From an uncultured Acidobacteriota bacterium (lineage in GTDB: Bacteria > Acidobacteriota > Polarisedimenticolia > J045), in assembly GCA_963702425.1 (NCBI GenBank), contig CAVPCQ010000017.1, forward strand, positions 32,001-96,000: a stretch of 64,000 bases of DNA, read 5' to 3'. The notes under the pieces were generated by a model, which was not told the DNA's origin, made no database searches, and was given only the letters and a program-made list of their open reading frames with translations. This document shows positions 52,886 through 62,533 of the stretch, one piece after another. Within the stretch, counting starts at the first letter, position 1. Each line of letters opens with the position of its first letter. The translations under genes were made by a program, and so were the position numbers.

Positions 52886-53587
52886 GAACCGCCAACTACG
52901 GGCTGACCAGCCGACGCGACCACCTGCGTGCCGCCGGCCACCTCACCGCCGTCGAGCTCGCCGCACGGCTCCGCGTCAGCGTCGCCCGAGTCGGCTGCTG
53001 GCGTGCCGAGGGCCGGCTCACGGGGACGCGCTGCAACCAGAAAGACTGGCTCTACGACCCGATCGAGCGGCAGTCAGCGTGGATCCGGGAGCGTGCAGCG
53101 TGCGAAGATCGACGCCTCGACAGGCCGCGCGAGAACCGCACGATCACAGCGGCGACACGGGGTGCAGTATGAATGACGCTCCTTCGCTCTGGATGCCCTC
53201 CGCTGTCCGCGCTGCTCGTCCCGCATGAAGATCCTGGCCCAGATCCACCCGCCCGACACGACCCGCGCGATTCTCGACTGCCTCGGGCTGGCCTCTCGCG
53301 CCCCGCCCCGCGCGCCGGCCCGCGCCGAGCCCGACCCGCTCCCCTTTCCCGGGAACGCCGCCGCGGACTGAGCTCATCGACGAACGCCCGGGCCCTCGCG
53401 GGTCGTGCCAACCCGGAGGGCGGGACTCCGCCTCCGCGGCCGACCTCCGCGCATCCCTTTCGGCCACTTCGCCGCGACGCGCAGCGCCCGACCACGGCCG
53501 GCCCCCGCGACCCCTTCCCCGGCAGGCCCGCGGCTACGCTCTCCGCCTCAGAATCCGGCTTGAATCGCTTATCCTCTGAAGACGACC

Positions 53588-54376
53588 CTAATCCGGTTTG
53601 GTCGCAGACTGCAGCCCCCTGAGGCTTTTCCAAATGGCCGCGGGTAAACCGGAGGGTCGAGTTCCATAAAAGACAGCCTTCCGGTTAGATATGTTGATCG
53701 CAAGGTCCTCAGCGGCCTGCGCCACGAGAAGAACGTCCTTTCCCATGCCGTCCGCAAGCCCTGCCTCGTAGTAGACATTCGGATTGCGCCCGTCGGCGAC
53801 CACGAGGGATAGCTTGCTCTTCCGTATTAGCTCTCGCGTGGTGCTCTGAATACCCTTCCTATGGGCCACTTCATCCGCTCGAACGCAATTGAACCCGTAT
53901 TCCTTGATTGTGGGTCTGATGTACTTCGAGTACATCCCTTCTAGGTTCCTCGTAAAGGGCATCGCGACGAATACGTACTGTTGACTCCTCATTGAGCTCA
54001 TTTTGCGGCAAAGATCTAAGTCAAAGCTCTTCAGTCGCTCCTCACTCGGCTTCGGCATGAAGTCGTAGCCAGGGCTGCGCTCGCGCATGAGCTCGGCGGT
54101 GATGAAACGAGAAATGACCAAGATGGAGTTCGATCCGTATCGAGGATGAAGCTCATCCGCGAGCCTTAGGCCCCCGAACTCCAATCCCCTGTAGTCGAGC
54201 TTTGCATCAATAACGACGATATCAAAGAGCTGTCGCTCGGCTAGCAAACGCGCTGCAGTTCCTTCCGTTTGGACGGTCACCCGGAATCTGGAACGCCTCT
54301 GGATTTGTCGCTTGTAGAGATATGCCAGGTCGGCGTTGTCATCCAGGAGAAGTACCTTCCACTCCATCTGTCTCAT
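53588..54376 (-). CDS. Receiver domain fused to a nucleoside-deoxyribosyltransferase/TIR-like domain
   Basis: KVLLLDD, IVVIDAKL; YVFVAMPF, VRADE, NPNVYYEAGLA. Confidence 0.8.
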   Translation of the reverse strand: MRQMEWKVLLLDDNADLAYLYKRQIQRRSRFRVTVQTEGTAARLLAERQLFDIVVIDAKLDYRGLEFGGLRLADELHPRYGSNSILVISRFITAELMRERSPGYDFMPKPSEERLKSFDLDLCRKMSSMRSQQYVFVAMPFTRNLEGMYSKYIRPTIKEYGFNCVRADEVAHRKGIQSTTRELIRKSKLSLVVADGRNPNVYYEAGLADGMGKDVLLVAQAAEDLAINISNRKAVFYGTRPSGLPAAIWKSLRGLQSATKPD

Positions 54377-55559
54377 CTAAAGCCTCCGGCGGCAGGAGTA
54401 TGGTGACGGATGCGCCGCCGCGTCGATTCGTCTGCAATACCACGTTTCCACCCAATCTCTCGACGATCCTATAGACGCTCTGTAACCCAAAGCCACGTCC
54501 CTTGCCTTTGGTCGAGAAGCCGCGACCTCCTCTCATTGATGTGTTGAGCCGATCCAGATGTGATCCCCATCCCGGTCCGTTGTCACTCACCCTGGCCACA
54601 AACAAATTCCCCGGTGGCTCGCTACGAAGAACTACGGAGACCCGTGGGCGTGCGGGATTTGTCGCCCTGGCAGTCAAGGTCTCCGCAGCGTTCGCCAGCA
54701 GTGGTCGTAGCAACACGGTAATCACTGCACGGGGGAATACGTGAGACGGGTGCACGCGCTCTGTGTCGACAATCAACCTGGTGCCGCGCGGCGCAGGATG
54801 CGGTAGCGTCCGAAACAGGTCGCGAACGTGCTTCTGCAGAGAAGGAGCGACGATGGTGTCCGGAGGTCTTGGCGGGCGGTAGAATTGACGTACAAGGTCG
54901 TGAAGATCAGACAGCACGCGACATGCACGCGTTAGGGAGGACGTGAGCACTTCGAGGTCTCGTTTGTGCTCTTGTTTCACCGCTTCTAGTTCTAGGAGGT
55001 CAGCGCAACCTAGGGAGGCGCCAAGACAGTTTGCCAAATCGTGGCAATAGCCGCCAACGATCTCTGCTATGGCTGTGGCTAGAGGATGTGACGATTTTTG
55101 GCGCGGATGTTGCTGAAAGTAGTGACCGTACTTCTGAAGAAGGATCGCTCGTCTGTCGACACCTGGCTCTGCACGAAGCGCTTCGTCGATGCTATGGGTA
55201 AGAGCAGGAACATCTTGCGGCTTCGTGAGCATCTCAAAGATACCCAGCTCGATTCCGAAGTCCAGCCGAAAGCCCGGGTACCCCGTCAGTAGGATCACGC
55301 GCGTGCCGCTTCCGGCGATGTGTCCGGCGGCAGCGACTCCCCCTATCCCGGGCATTACGACGTCGACGAGCGCGACATCCGGCTTGAAGGCGGAGGCGAC
55401 AGCTATCGCCTCCTCGCCAGAAGCTGCCACCCTAACATCATACCCCTCGTGCCGTAGGGCCCTGGCTAGGCCTTCTCGAACGTCAGAGTCATCGTCTACA
55501 AGGAGAACCCTTCCCGTAGACCGGGTCGTATGTTTGACTTGTCGGCGATTCTGATTCAT
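54339..55559 (-). CDS. Hybrid receiver-histidine kinase (start uncertain)
   Basis: VLLVDDD, DVVMPG, CHDLAN, LLANA, VSDNGPG, GRGFGL. Confidence 0.85.
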   Translation of the reverse strand: MNQNRRQVKHTTRSTGRVLLVDDDSDVREGLARALRHEGYDVRVAASGEEAIAVASAFKPDVALVDVVMPGIGGVAAAGHIAGSGTRVILLTGYPGFRLDFGIELGIFEMLTKPQDVPALTHSIDEALRAEPGVDRRAILLQKYGHYFQQHPRQKSSHPLATAIAEIVGGYCHDLANCLGASLGCADLLELEAVKQEHKRDLEVLTSSLTRACRVLSDLHDLVRQFYRPPRPPDTIVAPSLQKHVRDLFRTLPHPAPRGTRLIVDTERVHPSHVFPRAVITVLLRPLLANAAETLTARATNPARPRVSVVLRSEPPGNLFVARVSDNGPGWGSHLDRLNTSMRGGRGFSTKGKGRGFGLQSVYRIVERLGGNVVLQTNRRGGASVTILLPPEALDETDGVEGTSPG

Positions 55560-56157
55560 CTGCTGCGCCTTCGGTCGCGAAGACGATCTCTTAGCGATTC
55601 GCGCCTCTCGGAAGTCAACGTTGACCGAGGGCATTCCTAGCGCCAAGCACAGTTGGCACGCGGTCCTCGCGCACGCTGTGCTCTACTCTACATCATGGAG
55701 AGGCATCCGAGCGTTGTCGCGTCGCCAAGCGCGGGCGAGCCAACATGGGCGGGCGTTTCGTTCCCCGCGTGATCGCCGCCGCCCTGATCGCACTCGGCCT
55801 GGCAGCGATCGGGCACGGCCGGACGAGCGGGACAATAGGCCCGGCCCGCGCCCGCATGGTTGCCTCGTCTTGAGGCATTCGGCAGAGGCGTGCCGCAAGC
55901 GAGCTCACTCGCGCAGCATGAACGGCTGGCCACAGGCTGCAGGCAGGGCCGCGAGGGCGGATAGCCGGTATTGGCCGCGTTTCCCCACCGGCTCAGGCTG
56001 GCACTGGCCGGGGGGGCTGACAGGCGGCCGCGGGCGCGGCAGCAGGAGGAAGCGGCCCGACGGAACCTCACGGGAGCGGCCCAAGCCGGCCGAGCTCGGG
56101 CTTCAGCGGCCGGAGCCGCCGCAGCAGGGCACAGCCCTCGCGGCGCGAGGCCTCGCC

Positions 56158-56347
56158 TCAGTCGCTGGACCAGTCGGGGTCGGGCTCGAACAGCGCCGCC
56201 GTAGTCCGCCGCGGCGGAGCCACGGGCGGCGGCCGGGCCGACAGCCCGAGGCACTCCAGGATCGCTCCGGCCGTGTCGGGCGGATGAATCGCGGCAAGGA
56301 TTCTCATCGGTCCGTGGCACCGCGGGCACTCCAGGACATCCACGGCG
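56158..56347 (-). pseudogene. 3' tail of a divergent IS91-like transposase
   Basis: FAVDVLECPRCHGPMRILAAIHPPDTAGAILECLGL. Confidence 0.8.
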
Positions 56348-56830
56348 AAGGAGCGTCATTCATACTGCACCCCGTGTCGCCGCTGTGATCGTGCGGTTCT
56401 CGCGCGGCCTGTCGAGGCGTCGATCTTCGCACGCTGCACGCTCCCGGATCCACGCTGACTGCCGCTCGATCGGGTCGTAGAGCCAGTCTTTCTGGTTGCA
56501 GCGCGTCCCCGTGAGCCGGCCCTCGGCACGCCAGCAGCCGACTCGGGCGACGCTGACGCGGAGCCGTGCGGCGAGCTCGACGGCGGTGAGGTGGCCGGCG
56601 GCACGCAGGTGGTCGCGTCGGCTGGTCAGCCCGTAGTGCCGGCCCATCCATTCGACGGTGTCCGGCTTGAAAGGGAGGCCGGCCCCGGAGGTGAAGCCCT
56701 CCGCGTTGAGTCGCGCGGCGACCTCGCCGGCGGTGTGGGAGGCGAGCAGCGTCGCGGCCCGTGCGACGACCTGGGGATGAGTCTTCCGCCCGCGCCAGGG
56801 ACCGATCCGGAGCGGCACGCGAAGCGTCGT
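56348..56830 (-). mobile_element. Right end of LSR element B, copy 4 (inverted, truncated)
   Basis: LSR C-terminus ...ITAATRGAV and attR with TT core. Confidence 0.9.
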
Positions 56831-57052
56831 ACGCCGCCGCGGACTGAGCTCATCGACGAACGCCCGGGCCCTCGCGGGTCGTGCCAAGCCGGAGGGCGGG
56901 ACTCCGCCTCCGCGGCCGACCTCCGCGCATCCCTTTCGGCCACTTCGCCGCGACGCGCAGCGCCCGACCACGGCCGGCCCCCGCGACCCCTTCCCCGGCA
57001 GGCCCGCGGCTACGCTCTCCGCCTCAGAATCCGGCTTGAATCGCTTATCCTC
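56831..57052 (+). mobile_element. Solo IS91-like tail and oriIS-like end
   Basis: Near-identical to 53355-53576. Confidence 0.85.
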
Positions 57053-57054
57053 TA

Positions 57055-57180
57055 CGCCGGGCCATGCCCCCGGCGGCTGGAGGCGCGCGCCGGGGCACGT
57101 AGCGCGAGACTGCGCGTTCCGGGACCTCAAGGCCAAGCGTCTGGATCTCGCCGTGGATGCGCGGCGCTCCCCGCGCCGGA
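57055..57180 (-). pseudogene. Fragment of the integrase-core transposase seen at 60615-61655
   Basis: GAPRIHGEIQTLGLEV.ER.VSRY. Confidence 0.65.
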
Positions 57181-57184
57181 TAGC

Positions 57185-57272
57185 CCGGCCGCAGCCCGCC
57201 TCCGCGGCCGGCCGCTCCCCCATCCCGCAGCTACGCTCTCCGCCTCGGAATCCGCGGCTTGAATCGCTCATC
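57185..57272 (+). mobile_element. Degenerate mini oriIS-like end
   Basis: GCTACGCTCTCCGCCTCGGAATCCGCGGCTTGAATCGCTCATC. Confidence 0.7.
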
Positions 57273-57637
57273 TGCCCAAAGCGAGGCCGTAACCGCAGCG
57301 ATTCCGGGAGCGACCTGCGTTCCCGTGAATGGTGTAGTTGCTCCCTCGGATCGAACGCCCCGGATTCTGCACCGCCGCCGGGCATCGATCAGTGACTTTC
57401 GTCACATTGGGGCGCGCGCCCATCCTCGCTGCGGGTCAGGGGGGCGGGCCGCTTCTGCCCTGACCTCCCCCAAATACGGTGTGTGCACGGGAAACGCCTA
57501 GCCGCGTCGGACTAATGGAAGTATATAAACGCGCCGCCGCCTGGACGGCGAACGAATCGGCGCGAGCGGATCGCAGCCCTGCGTTGGGCCTTTCCGATCG
57601 GCTGGAGCCCCCGACGGGGCGCGTAGAGGAGCTAGAA

Positions 57638-59671
57638 ATGCGGGGTTTGATCACATCGATCGTGGGGGCCATCGTTCTGGCGACGAGCGCCGTTCCCGTG
57701 TCGAGTCAAGGCTCTCCGGATTCTGCACCACCCGGGAAACCGATCGAGTTTCGTTACTACCGTGTCGGAAACACCGGCTTGCAGGGCGACACGAGCGAAG
57801 CGCTGTGGGTCGGGCCTGACGGCGATCCCTGGATCGGCGGGTACGATCCGATCTTCGAAGAAGGGGGGATCGCGAAGTTCATCCAGGCCGAGGAGCGCTT
57901 CGTGAACCTATCCAATGTCGAGCTCAGGATCCTGGGTCATCCCAGCGACACCGGCACGGTGCGCGTCCAGGACATCGTGGCCGACCGCCGTGGGGTGCTC
58001 TGGTTTCCCTCATGGACGGCGGTGTTCTCGTACGACCCCGCGGTCGGTCCGTCGTCCCTGCAGCGATACGATCTCGACGGGTCGAGCGGTGTCGACGGGG
58101 GAGCCACCGACGCCGAGGTGGCGCCCGACGGAACGGTGTGGATGGCGAGAAAGCAAAGCGTCGCCCGGTTCAACCCATCGACCCGCCGGTGGATCCACTG
58201 GAACGTGATCGCGGATCATCTGGCCGTTCAGCCGAAGCCGACCGGTGGATACTACGTCTGGGCCGAGTTCCACGAGTCCTTCCTGTCTGGTTTCGTTACC
58301 CGGTACGACAGCGCCACCGGAGTTTGGACGGACATGCCCGCCCAGGGCGGCCGGGGCCGGATCTTCATCCTTCAGGAGAAGGACGCGGTCGACGACGCGG
58401 GGAACGTGTGGGCCTACGACATCGGCGATGATGTCTTCAACGATCCCCTGACGATCGGGTACCTGCCTCCGAACGGCCTCTGGGTCGAGGTGCCGACGCC
58501 CTGGCCTCTGGGCGAACTGAACGAGTGCGCGGCGTTCAAGGCCTACGGCAGCGGCCGGGCGCTCTGCGCGTCGAGCGGCGGAACCGTCTTCGGTTGGGAC
58601 GGTGCCTCCTGGACCGACCTCGGCGTCGGTGGCGGCGACGCCTCGGCGATCGAGGCGGTCGACATCAACGTCGCCACTGGAACGGTGTGGACGACGGGTG
58701 CCGGCGGTGCGGCCAGGCGCGACCCCGCGACGGGGCATTGGCAGCGCTATCGGATCACCAACTGCTCGCAGGGGGACAACTTCGCGCTCGACCTCTCCCT
58801 CACTCCCACGGGGGAAGTGTGGACGACCGCCAACATCGGCACCGGCGTCGGTGGCTTCCAGCACTTCGACGGCACGAGGTGGCGAGGATTCAACCAGTTC
58901 ACCTACGACCTCCCCGGAACGGGTCCTTTCCCGTTCCCGTCGGATTCCACCTTCGCTATCGCCTACCGACCGTCCAACGGTCACGTGGCGCTCGGAATGC
59001 CCGGAGGCGGGGTGCAGGAGTGGACCGGAACCGAGTACCTCGACCTGGGGTTGAGCAACTGGTACCCGACGCGTCTGTTAGAGGACTCCCTGGGACGTCT
59101 CTGGGCGGGTGCCGAAGACTCCATGATCGGCATTTACTCCGGCGGCGCGTGGAAGACGTTCGACCTGACCCTGTTCGCTGGAGCCCCGGCTGCCGACCCC
59201 GATCGGCCGGGTTGGGTGTGGCTCACGGGGCCCGACGGCTCGGTCTGGACTGACGGAACGACCGTCGAGAACATCCTGCTCCCGGAGGTGCCTCACGGCT
59301 CGGCCCCGGTCGGCAAGAGCCGGGCGTGGGTCGGCGGTTCGGGCCTGTACCTCGTCGACATGGCGACGAAGACCTACGAGTTCTACGGCCCCGAGACGAC
59401 TCAGAGCCTGAATGCCCGACCGTTTGGCGTCTCCCCGGACGGGATTCTTTGGTTCGGGTGCGACGAGGGGCTGTGCTGGGTCGACACCAAGGTCACCCCG
59501 CTGCGCCGCGGCGGTGTCTTTCGCGCCCCGCCCAGCGGAGAGCCACAGTGGGGCGGGCTGCCCTGGTGGCCGGTCCGGGCCGAGCTCCGGGTCACGCCGG
59601 ACTACTACGAGATCTGGATGACCACGCCGAGCCGCGGGATCACGGTGCTCAAAGTCGCGCCCATGCATTGA
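57638..59671 (+). CDS. Secreted beta-propeller protein
   Basis: GAGGAG RBS, signal peptide, repeated D..G.(L/V)W blades. Confidence 0.8.
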   Translation: MRGLITSIVGAIVLATSAVPVSSQGSPDSAPPGKPIEFRYYRVGNTGLQGDTSEALWVGPDGDPWIGGYDPIFEEGGIAKFIQAEERFVNLSNVELRILGHPSDTGTVRVQDIVADRRGVLWFPSWTAVFSYDPAVGPSSLQRYDLDGSSGVDGGATDAEVAPDGTVWMARKQSVARFNPSTRRWIHWNVIADHLAVQPKPTGGYYVWAEFHESFLSGFVTRYDSATGVWTDMPAQGGRGRIFILQEKDAVDDAGNVWAYDIGDDVFNDPLTIGYLPPNGLWVEVPTPWPLGELNECAAFKAYGSGRALCASSGGTVFGWDGASWTDLGVGGGDASAIEAVDINVATGTVWTTGAGGAARRDPATGHWQRYRITNCSQGDNFALDLSLTPTGEVWTTANIGTGVGGFQHFDGTRWRGFNQFTYDLPGTGPFPFPSDSTFAIAYRPSNGHVALGMPGGGVQEWTGTEYLDLGLSNWYPTRLLEDSLGRLWAGAEDSMIGIYSGGAWKTFDLTLFAGAPAADPDRPGWVWLTGPDGSVWTDGTTVENILLPEVPHGSAPVGKSRAWVGGSGLYLVDMATKTYEFYGPETTQSLNARPFGVSPDGILWFGCDEGLCWVDTKVTPLRRGGVFRAPPSGEPQWGGLPWWPVRAELRVTPDYYEIWMTTPSRGITVLKVAPMH

Positions 59672-59822
59672 CTGAAGGAGACCAGCGATCTCGGATCGCG
59701 GCCCGGCGCTGTTTTCGCCGTCGACAAAGGCGGTCGCGACGCGCGCTCAGCGCGGCGAAGTCGGGTCGAGCGTGAGCACAGTGACGGGGTTGTTCGTCGA
59801 GCGGCATGCTGGGCTGCAAGAG

Positions 59823-60442
59823 CTGTCCCTCGCCACAACCCCGTCATCCGCTGGCACCGCGAGGGCTTCGGGCGGTACTGGCGCTGGACACCGAGGCGCC
59901 ACGCTGGACGACCGAGCACACGAGCCGACATCCGCGCCCTCGTGCACCGGATGGCCGCCAAGAAGCCAGCGTGGCGAGCGCCGCGCATCCACGGTGAGAT
60001 ACAGAAGTGTGGCCGCGAGTTCTCCGTACGCACCGTCTCGCGCACCATGCCCCGGCGCCGGGCCAATCCCGACGAACGGCAACGATGGCGCACCTTTCTC
60101 GCCAATTACCTCGCTACCTGATCCTCGACCGGGACGCCAAGTACGGCCACGAGGTCCTCGCCACAATCCGGCGCGCCATCGCGGCCCTGCAGGCCACGGT
60201 CGGGTGACGCTAAGGCCGACATCAACTTCCTCCTGACGGTGATGGGGAGGCGGTTCTTCGAGGCGACGCTGCCAGCGCTGGTCGCGGCGATCGAGAAGAT
60301 GAACCAGAGCATCGACCGCCCGCACCAAGGGCTCGGCAGTAAGGTCCTCACCCTGAGCGCCTCCGAGCAGCCGAAGGGCGGCGAGGTGGCCGTCAACGAA
60401 CGACTCGGCGGGCTGCTGCGCAGCTACCGACGGTCGGCCTGA
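59823..60442 (+). pseudogene. Degenerate copy of the adjacent transposase with deletions
   Basis: VIRWHREG, APRIHGE, RYLILDRDAKYGHEV and RLGGL fragments. Confidence 0.7.
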
Positions 60443-60614
60443 CGGCCAAACACATCGCGAGCACTGACCTCTTGACGTGGACCAGGGCCACCTGTCCCTC
60501 GCCAAAACCGCGTCCGCTCTGCCCATCAACGAGTTGCGCTCCTGTACAGGATGTCCGAATCGCCCGCGAACGAGCCCGGTTGCCCTCCGTTTCGACCGCC
60601 GTCATCGTCCGGGG

Positions 60615-61655
60615 ATGCTCAACCGCGCTCTTGCCGTCGCCCGGACTGTCCTCGCGATCTTCGCCCGCCGGGCCGACCTGATCCTGGAGAACCTCGCGCT
60701 CCGCCAGCAGCTCGCTGTTCTTCGACGGAAGCACCCTCGACCTCGTCTCCGCGCGTCCGATCGATTCTTCTGGCTTGCCCTGCGCCGCTACTGGCCGCGA
60801 TGGAAGGAGACGCTCGCCATCGTCCAGCCCGAGACCGTCATCCGCTGGCATCGCGAGGGCTTCAGGCGGTACTGGCGCTGGACACCGCGTCGCCGCGCTG
60901 GACGACCGAGCACAGGAGCCGATATCCGTGCCCTCGTGCACCGGATGGCCGCCGAGAATCCAGCCTGGGGCGCGCCCCGCATTCACGGCGAGATTCAGAA
61001 GCTCGGCCTGGAGGTCTCCGAGCGCACGGTCTCGCGTTGCATGCCCCGGCGCCCGGTCGATCCAGAGGCGCGTCAGCGCTGGCGAACATTCCTCAGCAAC
61101 CACCGCGAGGTCATCGCCGCGATCGACTTCTTTACGGTCCCCACCGCCACGTTCCGCGTGCTCTACGTCTTCTTCGTCGTCCACCACGCTCGGCGCGAGC
61201 TGATGCACTTCCGTGTGACGACCCATCCGACCGCGGCCTGGATCACGCAGCAACTCCGCGAGGCGTTCCCCTACGACCAGGCACCGCGCTACCTGATCCT
61301 CGACCGCGACGCCAAGTACGGCCACGAGGTCCTCACCGCGATCCGCCACATGGGCATCACACCAAAGCAGATCATGGCGCGCAGCCCCTGGCAGAACGGA
61401 GTCGCCGAGCGGTTCGTCAGCACCGCACGCCGCGATCTCCTGGATCACGTCATTGTCCTCAACGCGAAACACCTGCAGCGCCTGCTGGCCGGCTTCGCCT
61501 CGTACTACCTCAACGATCGGACGCACTTGTCCCTGGAGAAGGACACGCCCGCGGTGCGAGTCGTGGAGCCGAAGCCGCATCCAGCCGCCGCGGTCATCGC
61601 TCTGCCTCGCCTCGGCGGGCTTCACCATCGCTACGCCTGGCACCGCGCGGCCTGA
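60615..61655 (+). CDS. Integrase-core (rve) DDE transposase
   Basis: ENLALRQQL, WGAPRIHGE, IDFFTV, ILDRD, PWQNGVAER, LGGLHHRY. Element ends near 60492 (TGTCCCTCGCCAAAACCGCGTCC) and ~61700. Confidence 0.88.
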   Translation: MLNRALAVARTVLAIFARRADLILENLALRQQLAVLRRKHPRPRLRASDRFFWLALRRYWPRWKETLAIVQPETVIRWHREGFRRYWRWTPRRRAGRPSTGADIRALVHRMAAENPAWGAPRIHGEIQKLGLEVSERTVSRCMPRRPVDPEARQRWRTFLSNHREVIAAIDFFTVPTATFRVLYVFFVVHHARRELMHFRVTTHPTAAWITQQLREAFPYDQAPRYLILDRDAKYGHEVLTAIRHMGITPKQIMARSPWQNGVAERFVSTARRDLLDHVIVLNAKHLQRLLAGFASYYLNDRTHLSLEKDTPAVRVVEPKPHPAAAVIALPRLGGLHHRYAWHRAA

Positions 61656-61734
61656 CGCTTCCGCCCGACAAGTCCATGGACGCGGTCTCGTCGTGGAGGG
61701 CGTGTGCCCACGCAGGAAGGCGCACCGCCACCAC

Positions 61735-62396
61735 CGGGGCAGCCCGCGCTTGAGGAACGCCTGCTTGAGGCAGTCCTTGAGACTGCGCAGATGCTGCTCC
61801 GGATAGAACTGCGCGTGGGGGACGAGACGCGTGGCGTCGTCGAGGACGCCGATCAGGTAGACCTTGCGCCGCGAGCCGTCGGGCGCGGGCAGCGCCGGCC
61901 CGACCAGCACGTCGGTCTGCCAGCAGTCGCCGGCCAGGTCGAACGCGAAGGCGCGGTGGTCGCGGTGCCGCGGGACCCGACGCTGATCGAGGCCCTGAGC
62001 GCGCAGGAAGCGGTAGAGCGTCGAGAGCGCGGGCGGGCTGACCACCCCGCCCGCCCGCAATTCGGCGACCAACCCCGGGCCGTCGAGCTCGACATGACCG
62101 CGCGCGAGCGTGACGATCCGCTCCGCGAGTTCGGCGTCGATGCGGCGCGACGCGCCGCGATCCTTGCGCGCTTTGGGCACCAGCCCGTCGAGCCCCTCGC
62201 GGCGATAGCGGTAGAACCACTCCTCGAGCGTGCCCGGCGCGATCCGCAGCGGCCCGCGCTGCGGGTGCGTGTGGACCTGTTCCGCGCACTGTGCGAGGGC
62301 GCGACGCAGGGCACCCCGCGGGCCCGCGAAACTCAGCAGCGGACCCAGCACCTGGTAACGCCACAACGCGATCTGCAGACCCGGAGCATCGGCCAT
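61735..62396 (-). pseudogene. DDE integrase/transposase (Mu/IS481-like), 3'-truncated
   Basis: IALWRYQVLGPL, WQTD, LIGVLDDATR, KRGLP then a break. Confidence 0.8.
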
Positions 62397-62533
62397 GCCA
62401 CCTCCATTCCAGGGGGGGTGGCAATGTCCGAGCACCCGGGCGAGCCGGCACTGCCGAAACCGTGTGGCGCGATTGACTTCGGCGCGCCGAGCGACGCCCG
62501 TCCGACGAGGTCCCGGAGCAATCCGGTGACGGC

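Larger units (their letters stand above)
50059..52894 (-). mobile_element. IS21-family element
   Basis: IRs TGGC(A/G)GTTCCGG; 6-bp duplication ACTACG (50053-50058, 52895-52900). Confidence 0.95.
48237..53172 (+). pseudogene. Large serine recombinase B split by IS21
   Basis: ...MGRHY | GLTSRR... separated by the insertion. Confidence 0.9.
46981..53184 (+). mobile_element. LSR element type B, copy 3 (LSR interrupted by IS21)
   Basis: TT cores at 46979-46980 and 53183-53184. Confidence 0.9.
46555..53576 (+). mobile_element. Module 5: IS91-like fragment with LSR element B3
   Basis: DRQRLERLCRYVARPP...; terminus at 53576. Confidence 0.88.

Noticed and set aside
55560-56150. oriIS end for the inverted divergent IS91 allele
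   Set aside because: No convincing match to the terminus motif was found.
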